A stretch of DNA of 64,000 bases from Lama guanicoe. Its lineage: Eukaryota. Where the stretch lies: the NCBI GenBank assembly GCA_013239625.1, contig MU054117.1, forward strand, positions 4,801,514-4,865,513, written 5' to 3'. The stretch's first letter is position 1; every line of letters starts with the position of its first letter. A program made the translations under genes and the position numbers. Below are positions 28,447 to 41,000 of the stretch, in pieces. A model generated the notes under the pieces. The model made no database searches, was not told the DNA's origin, and saw only the letters and a list, made by a program, of their open reading frames with translations.

Positions 28447-31400
28447 CTATTTCTTTTTCCGTTCTTGGGAGCAGCGTGGGCAAAACCTAAGAAAGAATGT
28501 GAGGGAGAAAGGGGAGTGAGCGAGAGGGAGGATGCCCCTGGTCACTCAGCTGGGGGCTGTCCAGCTCTCCGCAGCTCTCACTCACCACTTCCCTCGAGGC
28601 TTGGTGGTCAGCCCCACACAGGCAAAGTGGAACCACTCAATGGAACACTGGGAAAGGAAGAAGATGGAAGCAGCAGAAGTCAGGGACCCGGGGGGGGGGA
28701 GGGCAGAGGAAAGGAAAGAACCCCCCATCCCCGACTCCTTAGGAATATTCCCTTATTCTGTCCCTTGGGAGAATCCTTGGAAGTCCCAAGGCCAATCGAC
28801 TCCAACCACCTTCCTCCTATCCAGAAGTCCCACTATTAACCACCCCTCCTTGTCCCTTCAGGTCCCCAGAACCCCGATCTTGAGGCAAAATGGTTCTTAC
28901 ATCAGGGTTGTCACAGCCAATCATCTCTCCGTAGGAGACCTGGTGACAAAGGCAATAGGTGGGTTCGTTGGGATCCACAGGCATATCCAACACATCAGAG
29001 GGGTGGACACTGCCAAAGGTCACTGAGGGCATCCCATACTCAGGACTTCTGCGTGCCAAGAGGAAGAGAAGGTGTCATCTGCAGGAAGGGAAGCTACACC
29101 CTGAGACTCCCAGAGGTGGCAAAAGGAGACCCTTATGGGGCTAGTGATCTGTGGCTTCTCCTCTGCCCAGAAGATTCCAAAATAACAAGAAGGGTAGTTG
29201 GTGCAGAAGACAGAGAGAGTGGCAAGGGGCAGTGCGAGTGGGATGGGCAGTGGGAAAGAGCAATCCATCACTTGGCCAAGTGCTCCCTGACACACTCACG
29301 TGCGCACAAGTTTTAACTTCTTCTGGGCGGCCTTGGGGGCTTCTTCATCCGAGTTTTTCCCTTTGGAACGAGCACGAGCAGCTTTCTTCTCCTTCTGAGT
29401 CCTGCCTTCTAGGAGAGAGGCGGGGAGCCAGAAGGCAGGGAGACAGAAAGACGGGTTAAGTCCCCTTCTCCTGCCCCCACCTGGTGGCCTGCCCTCAGCC
29501 CTCAGAGCTGAAGAGCCCCTGGCTTCTCCCTTGGAATCCTCGCCCCTCTGCTTACATCCCCGCCCCCCTCCTCACTCTTTTTGCCTTTGCTGGAAGAGCT
29601 GTCATAGTCACTTGACTCAATCTGTTTCTCCTTCAGATCAGCCTCAAAACGGGCCAGGTCTGTGTCCAGTCGCCGAATGTGTTTGTCCACCTGCGTGGGA
29701 AGGAAGGAAAAGGAAGAGCTACAAGGCTGGTTCCACCAGAAGAAAACAGGCTAAGGCAGAGTCTGTGGCTCTCCCAGACCCAGAACAGATCCCAACACAG
29801 CTGAAGGAGGGGTCGAGGACCCCGAGGAACAGATGGGAGGTAGGTGGGGAGCGGTGAACAGGGCCATACCATCTCATAGGTCTGCATGGCCAGCTGCACC
29901 TTGTCGTCACCAAATTCCTTGCACTTGCCATAGGCCTCCTGGATCTGTTTGAGAAGGGCCAATTTTTCCTCGGAGCTCAGGCTGCGGGCGCTACTCATAT
30001 ACTCAGTGGCCAACTTGTCAATTTCAGCCTTCAGGTCTACAACAGAGACAGAGGCCTGGTCACAATGGCCCCCGGGTGGCTAGGTGAAACACACTTCTTC
30101 CTCTTGCTCCTTGGACCTTTTCCATGGACCATCATAACCTTCGAACTAAAACGCACTGAACGTTCCTAGGTACTGGGCCATGTACTCAAGGAATGCAACA
30201 TGTTCACAGTATTTGCTGTAAAGGTGCCTTCAGGTGCTGAGAACATTGCTATCGTATCTGGAACTGAAATTACTGAAACAGAACAAAGGATTCTTTGCAC
30301 ACCGCATTAATGTGAAGTGTAATTTTGTTGATGTCTGAAGATGCTTCTTTGCAGGGCTTGCTGCCTCTTGAACCATGAATTTTGTCTCAAAAGCCATCCA
30401 GTTTCTCATCTCAGAAACATCCCACAACCGCCCTGAGTGCTGCAAACCAGGCTGGGCCATGTGCTGCTGCCGGCTTCCAGGCCTGCACGTCTATGCTTCA
30501 TTTAAAGTGAGGCCCTAGTCCACTCATGTAACGCTTCTTCTACTTCCTGCCCACCCTGACTTGCTTATCATTTACAGCTTGGTTATATTTCCCATCACTT
30601 TTGTTCTGTCTGTTCATTTTAGAGACTGCTCCAACATTTTAATACTGGAAGGCTGATGGCATCCCAGGACACTGCGACTGTACATGCCTACTGCCTAATA
30701 TTTGGTAGCGCTCAGAAAAGATGTGGATGGAGACACAAGTGTGACTGCAACATGGTGCAGCAGGAGGAACAAGGACCTGTGTGCACACTGTTTCTGCCCC
30801 GCTTTGCTGGAGGCCCTTGGAGGAAGCTGGGAAAGCATGTATGTAGTTCCCTTAGCTCCAACTGATCTTTCTGTGCGTGAACTCAGGAGCTGGAGCTGTC
30901 TAAGACCAGAGCTGGGGCGCAGCATTTGGCAGGCAGTTCTCAGGGGCCTGCGTCCAGGATTTTAGACGATGGTCACCTTTTCATGAGTAAATTTAACCCG
31001 AGTGACTTAGATCACAGCTTCAGGTGTCCTAACACCAGCTCGTTACATCCTGGAGCACGGCTACATACGGACACCCTGCGTGTCCTCCAGCAGGTATGGG
31101 GGATAGCTCCAACAGACACCTTCCACCCTGAAGGGACAAACTTGACCACTGAAGTGTAGCCTCAGTGCAGCCAAACCTGCTCAATGCCCACGGAAGGCCA
31201 CAGCTGGCATCCGGTGCTTCTGTTAGGTTGAAGGACGTAGTGTAGAGATCCTGAGGTTAATTGCTTTTTGCCTTCTTTCCTTCCTTCTTTCTTTTTAAAG
31301 AACTTCTCATGTAGCAAAGCTCCTCTCTAACAACGTGAGTTGCAGTCTAAAGCCACATCGAATTTCGTGATAGTCAAGTTAACAGTCCAATGGAGTACAA

Positions 31401-34400
31401 ACATTCTAGTTTTCCTATAAACACACTGAATATGGAGAGGAGAAATGATTCCAGGGGTGACTTTGGTTCTGTGAATCCTTCTTGAGGAAGCTACAAAGAG
31501 CACAGCACCTCTGAATCCTTGAGGCACTGTCCCAGTTCTCCATGTGTTATGGAAAAGCGGATATAGAAATGTGAGTTATCATTACTCTCCTGTTAAGAAT
31601 TGCAAGAAAGTGAAAGAGAGAAGCCACTGCTCTCCCAACCAGACCAGATGATATGGTAACACCAAACAGAAACGACCAGACACGCTCATAACACACTGGA
31701 CTCCTTACTCCGTACATACCCTCTGTTCTTTGGTCCAGGTCCCTCATGAGCTGGAAGTTTCTCTGCAGTTCAAAGGGGAGGTTTTCAATACCTGGGAAGA
31801 AGAGAAGAAACTGAGATTCCCTGCACTTCCTAGGTCCTACAGCTGCTTTTGAAGAACAGGTCCAAAACAGGACTCTGTTTTCCCGTCTTAGAACTGTCGG
31901 ATGGTCTGTGACAACATTCATCATTCCTCTCAGGAGAGGCCATGTCCATGTCTCTCCACAACCAAGCCCTCCATCTCTGCACATCCCTCCCTTCCCCTCT
32001 TCAGTGACCTTATTCTACAAGTCAGCCCCTCCCTTTCCTTTATTTTCAATCTCTGCCTCCAAGCTCCTAGTCCTCAATTTACAAATACCCTCCTGGCCTC
32101 CTCCATCACTCATCTCACACACACTTCCAATCTGCATTCTGGATGGAGCCAGAATATTCTTTACAATACACAGATCTGATCAAGTCACTCTCCTGTTTAC
32201 AACCCTCTGGTAAGTTCCTATCGCAATATTCCTAGTCCTGTTCCACACCTCCTGGCCCTTGCTTACCTCACCCCAGCCTTAACTCAGGCCAGCGCCCTGC
32301 TGCGCTCTCTCTGCTCTATCCCACTGGCCCTCTCTGAGTGCCCTTCCTGCCATGTGGCTTTCCACATGCTACTCTGTCTGGAATGCACCTCCTGGTCTTC
32401 ATCCCACCTCCACCATACCTGTTGGCCTATTAAATTCCTGTTTATTCTTCAAAGTTCAGCTCAACCCTGAATTCCCCAGACTCCAACAAGTGCCCTGGAT
32501 TATACTGCCAAGCTATTCTATCTCTACCCTTTTTGGCGTTTATCCAATGTAATTAAACAAGTAACTGTGTAATTAGGTATTTGGTATCTGTCTCCCCAGC
32601 TCTCCAGAAGAGTTGGACATGTCTGTCTTCTTTTCTATTTCCCTAGTGTTTAGAACTATGACGTGCATACAGAGGGTCCTCAATAATTACTTGAATAAAT
32701 GCATAACCACTTAAGTCTTAAAAAGGAAAATCTCTTCCCATGACTCTACTCCCAACTTTTCAAATGCCTCTATGGCTTTAACCTATAACCTCAGGTCTGC
32801 CGCCACCAGTTTACTGAGATTAAGTCACCAATGATTTACTAAATCTAATGATCCCTTTTAGGCCTACCCTAAAAAAAATACGTTTTCAGCAGCTGGCACC
32901 ATTTTTTCTCCTTCAAGTAACTTTCTTTGTTTTAGGATTCCAAATTTCATCATATATTTCCTGGTAATTCCATCACTGACGTTTCCTTAGCCTGTCCCTT
33001 AAATGTCAATGTTTTCTTGAGCTTACACTTAATTTAATCCTCTAATTTTCTCACTTGGTTTCCTCGAATGATCTCCATTTCCTTTACTCTCACAAATACA
33101 ATTACCATTCCTATGTTTAAATTTAAACTGAATTAAATATATTACTGTCACTCCTGAATTTCTTATCTTATTGATGATATATTGTCTATCTCACTTCCCA
33201 AACAGGAAATTGAGAAGTCATCTTAGAGTCTTCCTTCTCTCTCCACCACTGAGTCATTCAGTCAGTCCTATCTAACCTTTAAATACTTCTGTCACTCCCT
33301 GAGATCAGGTCCTCACCTCTGACCAGGACTATTATCACTAGTTGATGTCCACATTACCAATGTTATCATGTTCCAATTTATCATCCATCAGATATTTTCC
33401 TCTGTAAAAAAAATCATTCTATTTAAAAAATCTGTTTACTCCTCACTAAAGTGCAAGCTTTGTAGCTTGCTTAAAAGACCTTGCACAATCTAGCCCCAGC
33501 CCCCTTCTGTAGTCTCATTTCCCACTCTTGGACCTTAGAGTCCTGCATATCAAACACTCTGGTCTCACTTTTCTCTGACCTTGCCACAAACCCAACACAA
33601 CTTTGCTGATGCTTTCCCCAACCTGCAATTCCCTCCCTCTGTCGACACTGGCAAATAAACAACCTTCAAGACTCTATTCAGGGGGGAGGATATAGCTCAG
33701 TGATAGAGCCCTGTTTAGCACACACGAGGTTCTAGGTTCAACCCCCAGAACTTCCATTTTAAAAAAAACAAAACACTATTCAAACATCACATACTCTGTA
33801 GAGCTTTAGCTACATCCCCGGGTAATTAGCTGCTCTTTTTCCAGCGTTATCTACTGTCCTTTCAATGTATTCCTATTATTTCACTTGTCACACTTTTATA
33901 ATCATTTACTAGCAGAATCTGTGTCCTACTGGATTCTGAGCACTTGAGGGCAGGGACTGTGTCTTACTCATTCTTGTATATTCCTAGTACCTGCCATTAC
34001 GTCTGACCTATCGCAGGACCTCAAGAAACGAATGAACGAATTGACTTCCAAGACCAAGACAAATGTAAGCACAGAGAGTGACAGGCTCCCTGAAGGGCTG
34101 GGTTACACAGACAGCATAAACACCAGATTTCCATGTGATGGGAATTGGATCTTTACTCCAAGAAGAGAAGCCTTCCAGTTAGTCATCTGACAGTCTTCAC
34201 TCATAACCCTCCATCCCCATGAGAAGCCGCTTCTGCTAAAGAACTGGGCAAAGGAGCCACGAGCAGTTCTTTGTCGCTGCTCCAAATGGCAGTGGATGAT
34301 ACACTAAAACGACGGATTCCGAACGACTTTGAGAAAAAAAAAAATACCCTGAGGTCGGAGATCCTGAAGGTGGGGCAGCAAATATTTTCCCAGGTATGCC

Positions 34401-34686
34401 CACCAGCCCTTCAAGAGCCGTCTCTCAGCCCCGCCGCGCAGCCCCTCCTTCTCCCGTCTATATCCCAGAGCGAGGCCTCGACCCCGCCGCCCCGCCCCCT
34501 TTCTTCACACCCTCCAGGATTTTCTCTCACGCAGCCCTTCACGATCGTGACCTTCTGACTACCAGGACTTCGGGGCCGTAGATCTTCTCAGCCCCGACCC
34601 ACCTCCACCCCTCCGTGACCCCTGACCCCCTCCTCCAGCCTGCTCTTACTGTCCAGATAATGTTCCAAATACATCCCCGCAGCCAT
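28447..34686 (-). CDS. ING4: Inhibitor of growth protein 4 (PHD finger), 8 coding exons, 249 aa (longest splice form)
   Basis: Exons 34686-34650, 31791-31720, 30036-29870, 29690-29576, 29408-29300, 29048-28901, 28647-28586, 28486-28447 = 750 nt. [25 protein letters not shown] start; [51 protein letters not shown]. Confidence 0.97.
32130..34040. mobile_element. Cluster of degraded LINE-2 fragments in ING4 intron 1
   Basis: L2-like motifs cagatctgatcaagtcactctcctg, cttgagggcagggactgtgtcttactcattcttgtat, gaatgaacgaa; boundaries approximate. Confidence 0.55.
33680..33775 (+). mobile_element. Vic-1-type SINE (short copy)
   Basis: ggggaggatatagctcagtgatagagccctgtttagcacacacgaggttctaggttcaacccccag with an A-rich tail; actctattca / acactattca flank it as a likely target-site duplication. 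Confidence 0.8.
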
Positions 34687-34990
34687 CTTGAAGCAAAACA
34701 AAGCAACTTCCGGTCCTCCCCGGAAGTGACTGAATCGCGACGAGCGCCCAAGCTGTCCTCCTCGGCCTGGAGCCCTTCCGCCCTCACGAGGGGAACTTCC
34801 GCCCTCACGAGGGGAACTTCCGGCTTCTGTACAGCGCCCGCCGGGACTCCTCCGCGCGGCACCTACACTCGTCCCTCGCGGGGCCGCGGAGCGCCGGGTC
34901 GGCGGCGGCTGCGCCGGAGGGCGCCATTTTGCATCCTCGCTCAAACTTCCTCTCCCTCCAGGACGGGGATGTGCGGTCGTGAGAAACCTG
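34420..34990 (-). promoter_or_regulatory. CpG island promoter of ING4
   Basis: Several CGGAAGT ETS/GABP sites (~34707, ~34720, ~34795, ~34816); YY1 motifs CAAGATGGC over the ATG and GCCATTTT at ~34923. Confidence 0.8.
34775..34822. repeat. Perfect 21-bp tandem duplication in the ING4 promoter
   Basis: cttccgccctcacgaggggaa twice, then cttccg. Confidence 0.9.
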
Positions 34991-36814
34991 TCTCTTTAGG
35001 CTTATAGTCCATTAAGAGCCCTTTGCAGCAGCCGAAGATCTTTCTGCCCCTTTGCGGAATGTGAATCTGGTGACTAGAACACCTGGTCACCTTCTCAAGT
35101 CACTAGTTTCTTACGGAAGTTGAGGGAGGCGCACCTGGCCGTGGGAGATTTAACCCCTTCGCATTTCGTTCACTCTCAAGAACACCAGCTACTCAGGGTT
35201 ATGTTCTAACGTGGAAGCAACTCGTTATTTATAAACTCTACTGGTAAATACAAAGAACTGCTCACAATAAAACTGCGATTGTCCACGCCTTTTGTCAGGG
35301 TTTCTATCTTTTCATACTCAAGTACGTTATACAGTGATAGTACTTCTGGCCTTTTTCTCCTGTTTTGGTCTCCCTCTTTATTCGAATTCACAAAAGATGT
35401 TAACTAGCACCACGGTCTGGAAGTACTGGGACACGGAGCTGTGACAGCTCGCCAGTCGGATGTAGCTCTCACCCTGGTCCCCTATTGCACAGCAAAAGGC
35501 ACGGTTTTCATCAGGAGGGAAAGCCCATGCATGACAGGCTGCCACCAACTCGGGAATCAGAACTTGACGCCTAGAACAGGATCGTAGTGTTAGGACAGTT
35601 TTGGAGGACACCGTCTCCCCTCACACATTCTTGATAATAATATCGCATAGTAGGTTTTCAATGAAACAGATTTTAAGCCACATAATTTAGATCAAATAGG
35701 TTAAAAAAAGGGGGGGGGTTACTACCGAACAGGTGGTAAGACAGAATCTAGAATAGAATCTAGAAGACTTCCCTCTAATTGTCAGCAGCATGCCCTTGGA
35801 TAATTTAATCTCTGTGCCTATTGCCTTCTCCATAAAATGGCTGTAACACTACCTACTTCATAGGGTTGTTGCTGTTAAGTGTGAGTGTATCCCTTAAAAA
35901 GAACAGATTCTGGTTCCAAAACCTGTGATGAAGGTAGGGCTCTCAGCCCCTATTCAACAGTTGGTGAGAACAGGGGGAAAAGCAGTGAATATTCAAGAGG
36001 CTAACAAACACTGGCATATTTGGTCATCCGTGCTCCGTGCATCAGTGTCATACCACAGAGTCAGACTATCTTGGATACCCACACAAGAGACTGAGCCCTA
36101 AATTAAGAGGCATTATTTCATTGCCTGTCCACAGGCCACCAAGTAATGAACGCAGCTGCCCAGCAGTCCCACAGACAACAGCCACACTGTCAGATGTGGG
36201 AGCACTGTCACAACTTTTTCAGTGCTTTTTTAATTCTCAAAAAGGATTCTTGGCGGTGATCTAGCCCAATCCCTTCATTTAATAGCTGAAGAAGCATCAT
36301 GGCTGACACTGGTTGATGGGAGAGCCAGGACTGAAGTCCGGGTTTCCTGACCACGTTCTATCCTCAGCACTACAACCGTCCTGCGTCGTTCTTCAATCCT
36401 GGTTTTCACCACTGGAAACCTCTGGTTTTAGGTGCCACAGGATAAGTCAACTGGAATTAGCACTAAGCCCATGGATGCTCTGGCAGAAGTGCAGGTCCTT
36501 CCAGGAGGCCAGGCTTCCATTTCTTTGGTAGGGAGCTTTGCGATTTTGTCTTGTTAATAATACGTGACTGACTTAGGCAATGCGGTCCTTGCAACAGGAT
36601 TTGTATGTAGAAACCCTCGTAAACCAAGACTTCATCTCAGAAGTATCAAAGATGTACCCTTCTATGGCTGGGGATACACACACAGCCGCGACACGCAGCA
36701 TTCAGTCTTCGCATACGCACACCCTGCTGTAAATCCTTGCATGCCTCCCCAGACAGCTGGCTCCCATGCTCACTCACAGCAGCAGCTCCACTGCCTCCGA
36801 TCCTTTTACACGAA

Positions 36815-36820
36815 TTTATT
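36815..36820 (-). terminator. ZNF384 polyadenylation signal AATAAA
   Basis: tttatt at the end of an AT-rich ~1.2 kb 3' UTR. Confidence 0.7.
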
Positions 36821-38038
36821 TCTATACAAGGTTCTAAAAACACCCCTTGGTTTGTACATAAGATTTTCTTTTTTTCTTCATTTTAAATTGCTTTATAACA
36901 ACTGGTTTCCTGATTTTTTTTTCATTTTCTCTTTTCTCTGAAATCTTCCATGATTAAAAAAAAAAAAAAGACAAAAGGAAATAAAAATGCCATTGGCCAG
37001 AAGACAGGGTGGAGAAAAACAAAAAGGACAAAAATAAACAAAACATCAAATATGAAAATTCCGGAGATAATGCATTTATAAACACAGAAATGGTTACAAC
37101 AAAGATGGCCGTGATGAGTGGGTATATATATATTTATATATATATATTTATATATAAATCCGTGTCCGGCAACTGACCGTGGCACCTAGGGAGTTAAGTC
37201 CAGTCCTTGCATTTGCCCTGAACTCTCCCTTCTCTGCACCGCTCCCTTGTCATGGGGTTTCACAAAGAACCCACAGATTCCACAGCTCCTTAGGTTTGGG
37301 GACCAGGAGACTGAGCAGGGAGCCTCAGCTGGCAAAGAAGGGGAGAGGTTCCAAGGGAAACCACAGCCCACACTTCTAAGCCACCTGTGACCATTTTGGG
37401 GATCTCTGGCCCCTTGGGGACCACATCTCAGCCCTTGCCCCTTTACAAATAAAGGGGGTTTGACTCCCCCAGATCTCCTTCCAGCATTAGGTAGGAAGTG
37501 AAGCGAGACCGTGAGGGGAAGAAAACGGCTTGGGGAAGAAAACGGCTCCCAGGGACAGGGGTATGAGAGAAACCTCTGTTCTTGTGCAGGCAAGGACAGA
37601 ACAGGAGGCTGGCTGCATTTAGGGCTCCCTCCTCTGGAATCTGGGAGGCCAGCCTCTAGTCCTCTATCAGCCCAAGCTTGGAGGATCACAAGGGTGAGGA
37701 GAGAGTTTAAGTGCCCACGCTGGAAAAGTCTCTATGAGGTCATAGCAAACCCCTCCCCTGAGCACCGACCCCCAATTTTAAAAGCTATGCTTAGGAGGGG
37801 AGGCTGCTGGATTACGCTACCAGCTCAGGACTCCTCTGCCATCAGGAGGGCTGATGTTCCTTCTGAAGAGGAGTCAAGAACAAGGATGGTGTCCTGTGAA
37901 GGAAGGCCGTGCCTGAGGCCCAAGGAGATGGAGCCAAGGCCTGTCAAGGGAGAAGAGGACTTTTCCCACCAAGGGAAGGTGGAGAAAGAAGGGAGCGGAA
38001 CTCTTTCCCCTCTTCCCAGTGGACGGCAGCACAGGTCC

Positions 38039-41000
38039 CTATGAGCTGGCCAGGTGCTCCACCTGGATGGTGCTGGTGGTGACAGTGAGGCAGATGTCCT
38101 TATGATGCTCCGCCGTCTTATAGGGGGTCAGGTCAAAGGAACACTGGGGTGGGGGGTTGGGGTTGCTGTCCCCGCCGCCCCCACCCTGGGGGGCTGCCCC
38201 CGGGGACTGGAAGTGTGGTGGCTGCGGCTGCTGCTGCTGGGGCTGCTGCGAGGCCTGGGAGGCCTGGGCCTGGGCCTGGGCTTGAGCTTGGGCCTGGGCT
38301 TGAGCTTGGGCCTGGGCCTGGGCCTGCGCCACCGCCGCCGCCGCCGCCGCCGCCTGCACCTGCTGCTGGAGATCAGGAGGGTTGTGTTTGCGCATGTGTT
38401 TCATCAGGTACGTTTCCTGAGGGAGATGAAAAAGGAGTTGAGGGAAGGAGGAGAGAGGTTCCTTGTGCCCAGCACCCTGGGCTCTTACTTTGCTGTACAG
38501 AGAACGACACTTATACAGGGGTTTTCTGGAGCCACTTCTGGTGTCACTACTTGGGGGACCTTTAGCATCACCATGGGCATTCCACCAGCACAGGGTAAGC
38601 TGCCATCTTCTCAGTATCTCTGCGTGGAACAACCTGACCACCTGTCTCTGGAGTCTAACGGAAAACATCTCACTGAAAACTCTCCTCCCACAATTGCCGG
38701 ATGCTCTCTTCTGCCCGATGTTTAAGTCAAACGAAGAATCACTGCTTAGCAATCTCTATAGGCCTAAAGGACCAGGCATCCTCTCAGCTCCTCAGCTCTG
38801 GGTCTTTGCAATTTCTGTTCTATTTACTGATTCTGCCAGGTTGGAACAAGGGAGGGGGCGTGTCTGCCGCAGCAGCTCTTCACCAAGAAGGCGGGCTGTA
38901 GCGCTGGCGGGAGGGAAGGAGGGGAGGGCTCGAGCGCTCACCGACGTGTAGGCCCGGCTGCAGATGGTGCAGGTGTACACCTTGGCGTGCTTCACGGTGT
39001 GCGTGGACAGGTGCACCTCCAGCGAGGCCGCGTCTGTGTATGCCCGATGACAGTTGTGGCACTTGAAGGGTTTATCTTTGTTGTGCTGCCGCCTGTGGGA
39101 CTGGGAAAATTAAGAGAAATCAGGGTGAGTGCGCTGGACTCCGCTCTTCTGCCTCCTTGACCTTACTGGAAAGCCCTGAGCGGGGTGTCAGGTATCCCAG
39201 GTTCTCCTCCTATCGGAAGGCAGCAGAAACTGCTCCAAATGAAACTGCAGGAGCTACCGGCTAAGGGAAGAAGCGTACCTCATGCAGCACATACCAGGGT
39301 CCCGAAAGTAAGAAAGATGGCTATGCCTGGCCCCGCTAGTCCAGTGGTTCTCAAAGTGAGGCACAGGGATTGCTAGGGAGTACCAAGGCCTTCTCAGGGG
39401 GCCCCCAAGGTCAAAACTATTTGCAAGACAGTAATAAGACACTGTCTGCATTTTCACTCTCATTCCATTGTGACTGTACAGAGATTACACACTGTGTAAT
39501 ATAAAGACCAAACGCAGCAGATGTGAGAACCTCGCCACCTTCTAGGCAGCCAGATATTAAATAAATATGCAAAAATGTAAAGCCATGCCATTCTTCTTAA
39601 TTTTGGGCGGGGTGGATTCAGAGATATGTTACTTATGTTAACATGCAATAGGCTTTGTTATTTTTAAACAAATTACTAAATATTTTTTCAACTTTTCCAG
39701 TTTTGTAATGTCTATGTAATTAGATATTACCCACACCAACCAAAGCTTTTTGGGTTCCCCCATGACTGTTAAGAGTGTAAAGGGGCCTGACAGTCTGAGA
39801 ACCATGGTTCTAGTCAAGCAGCCCTGCGACCCCAAGTCTTAGGCTCAAGGCCTCGCGTGGAGAGAGGAGCATTTACCTGCAGATTGGAGAGCTGCGTGAA
39901 GGCCTTCTCACAGCCCGGGTGTGCACATTTGTACGGTCTGTCACCGGTGTGGATTCTGCACGGGACGAGAAAAGAAGAAAGGGAAGGACGTCAGCAAGGC
40001 CACTCAGGGACCGGCACCTCAACAGGCCTCCTCTGGGAGCACACGGAGGTCTCCAGGAGGCGCCAGCTCAGCGCCTCTGACACGGATCAGGCTGGATCAG
40101 GATCAGGCCGGGGGGCCGGGTTTCCGTGGCTGCCTGCACCACTCAGCCGGGGCTGGGCTCCTCTCTGCCAGGGGCGGGGCTGGCGGCAGGCGGACCGCAG
40201 TGACAGACAAGGCAGCTCCTACAGTAACCGCCCCTCGCTCATGAACATAAGGGAAACACAATAGTGAGAAAAAAGAAGCACGCAACACTCTTCCCTTGGC
40301 CCCCAACACACAGACAGAAACTCTCCCCTCAGCTTTGAGTACCACTCCCAGAGAAAGTCCTGGTGTCAAAGAAAAGCAGAGTTATGCGCACTGTGAAGGG
40401 CAGCAGTGATACTAACACTCGTGGACACTCCTTGGGGCTTGTCCCAGTCCAGCCCCCTAACTGCAGGAAATGCCTAGTTAGTACCAATTTGACCTCTTTC
40501 CAAACACTACAGGGCCCTCCGGTGGGATGAGCCACGGACTCGAGGGTGTACAGACCCCTGCTCCTCAGCAGGGACTTCAGAACCGTCTCCGTGACTGGGT
40601 GCTTTTCAAGACCCCTGGTATGAAATTCTGAAAACTTCGCGGGACACGTCTCCTTGTGAGGAAAGCCCGATTCCTTCTCTTCATGAAGCAAGATGTCGGA
40701 CCGCCTTAAGGGGGATCGCCACCTCCAGAAGCAGCCGGGAGAGGCGGCCTATGGCCAGCAAGTCTGAACGCCAGTTCAACTTGAGATACCATCGAAGGAA
40801 ATCACCACCTCTTCTAGACGGCAGGCTCACCTCCTCCGAGTCGCTCCAGATTCACGGGGCAAACAGTGCACATCCTTACGGAGTCTGAGCTTTTCCGTTT
40901 TGTGTGCTGGTTCTCTGTGAACATGCAGGGTGCACTTTGTTCCACGCTCCACTCCGGGCATCCCGAGGAGCCTTGCTTGTTGCTGCAGGTGCCGCCGGGC

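Noticed and set aside
38054..38725. Plus-strand Gly/Leu- and Pro-rich ORFs opposite the ZNF384 last exon, and the Ser/Cys-rich ORF opposite ACRBP exon 5
   Set aside because: Antisense read-outs of coding simple repeats.
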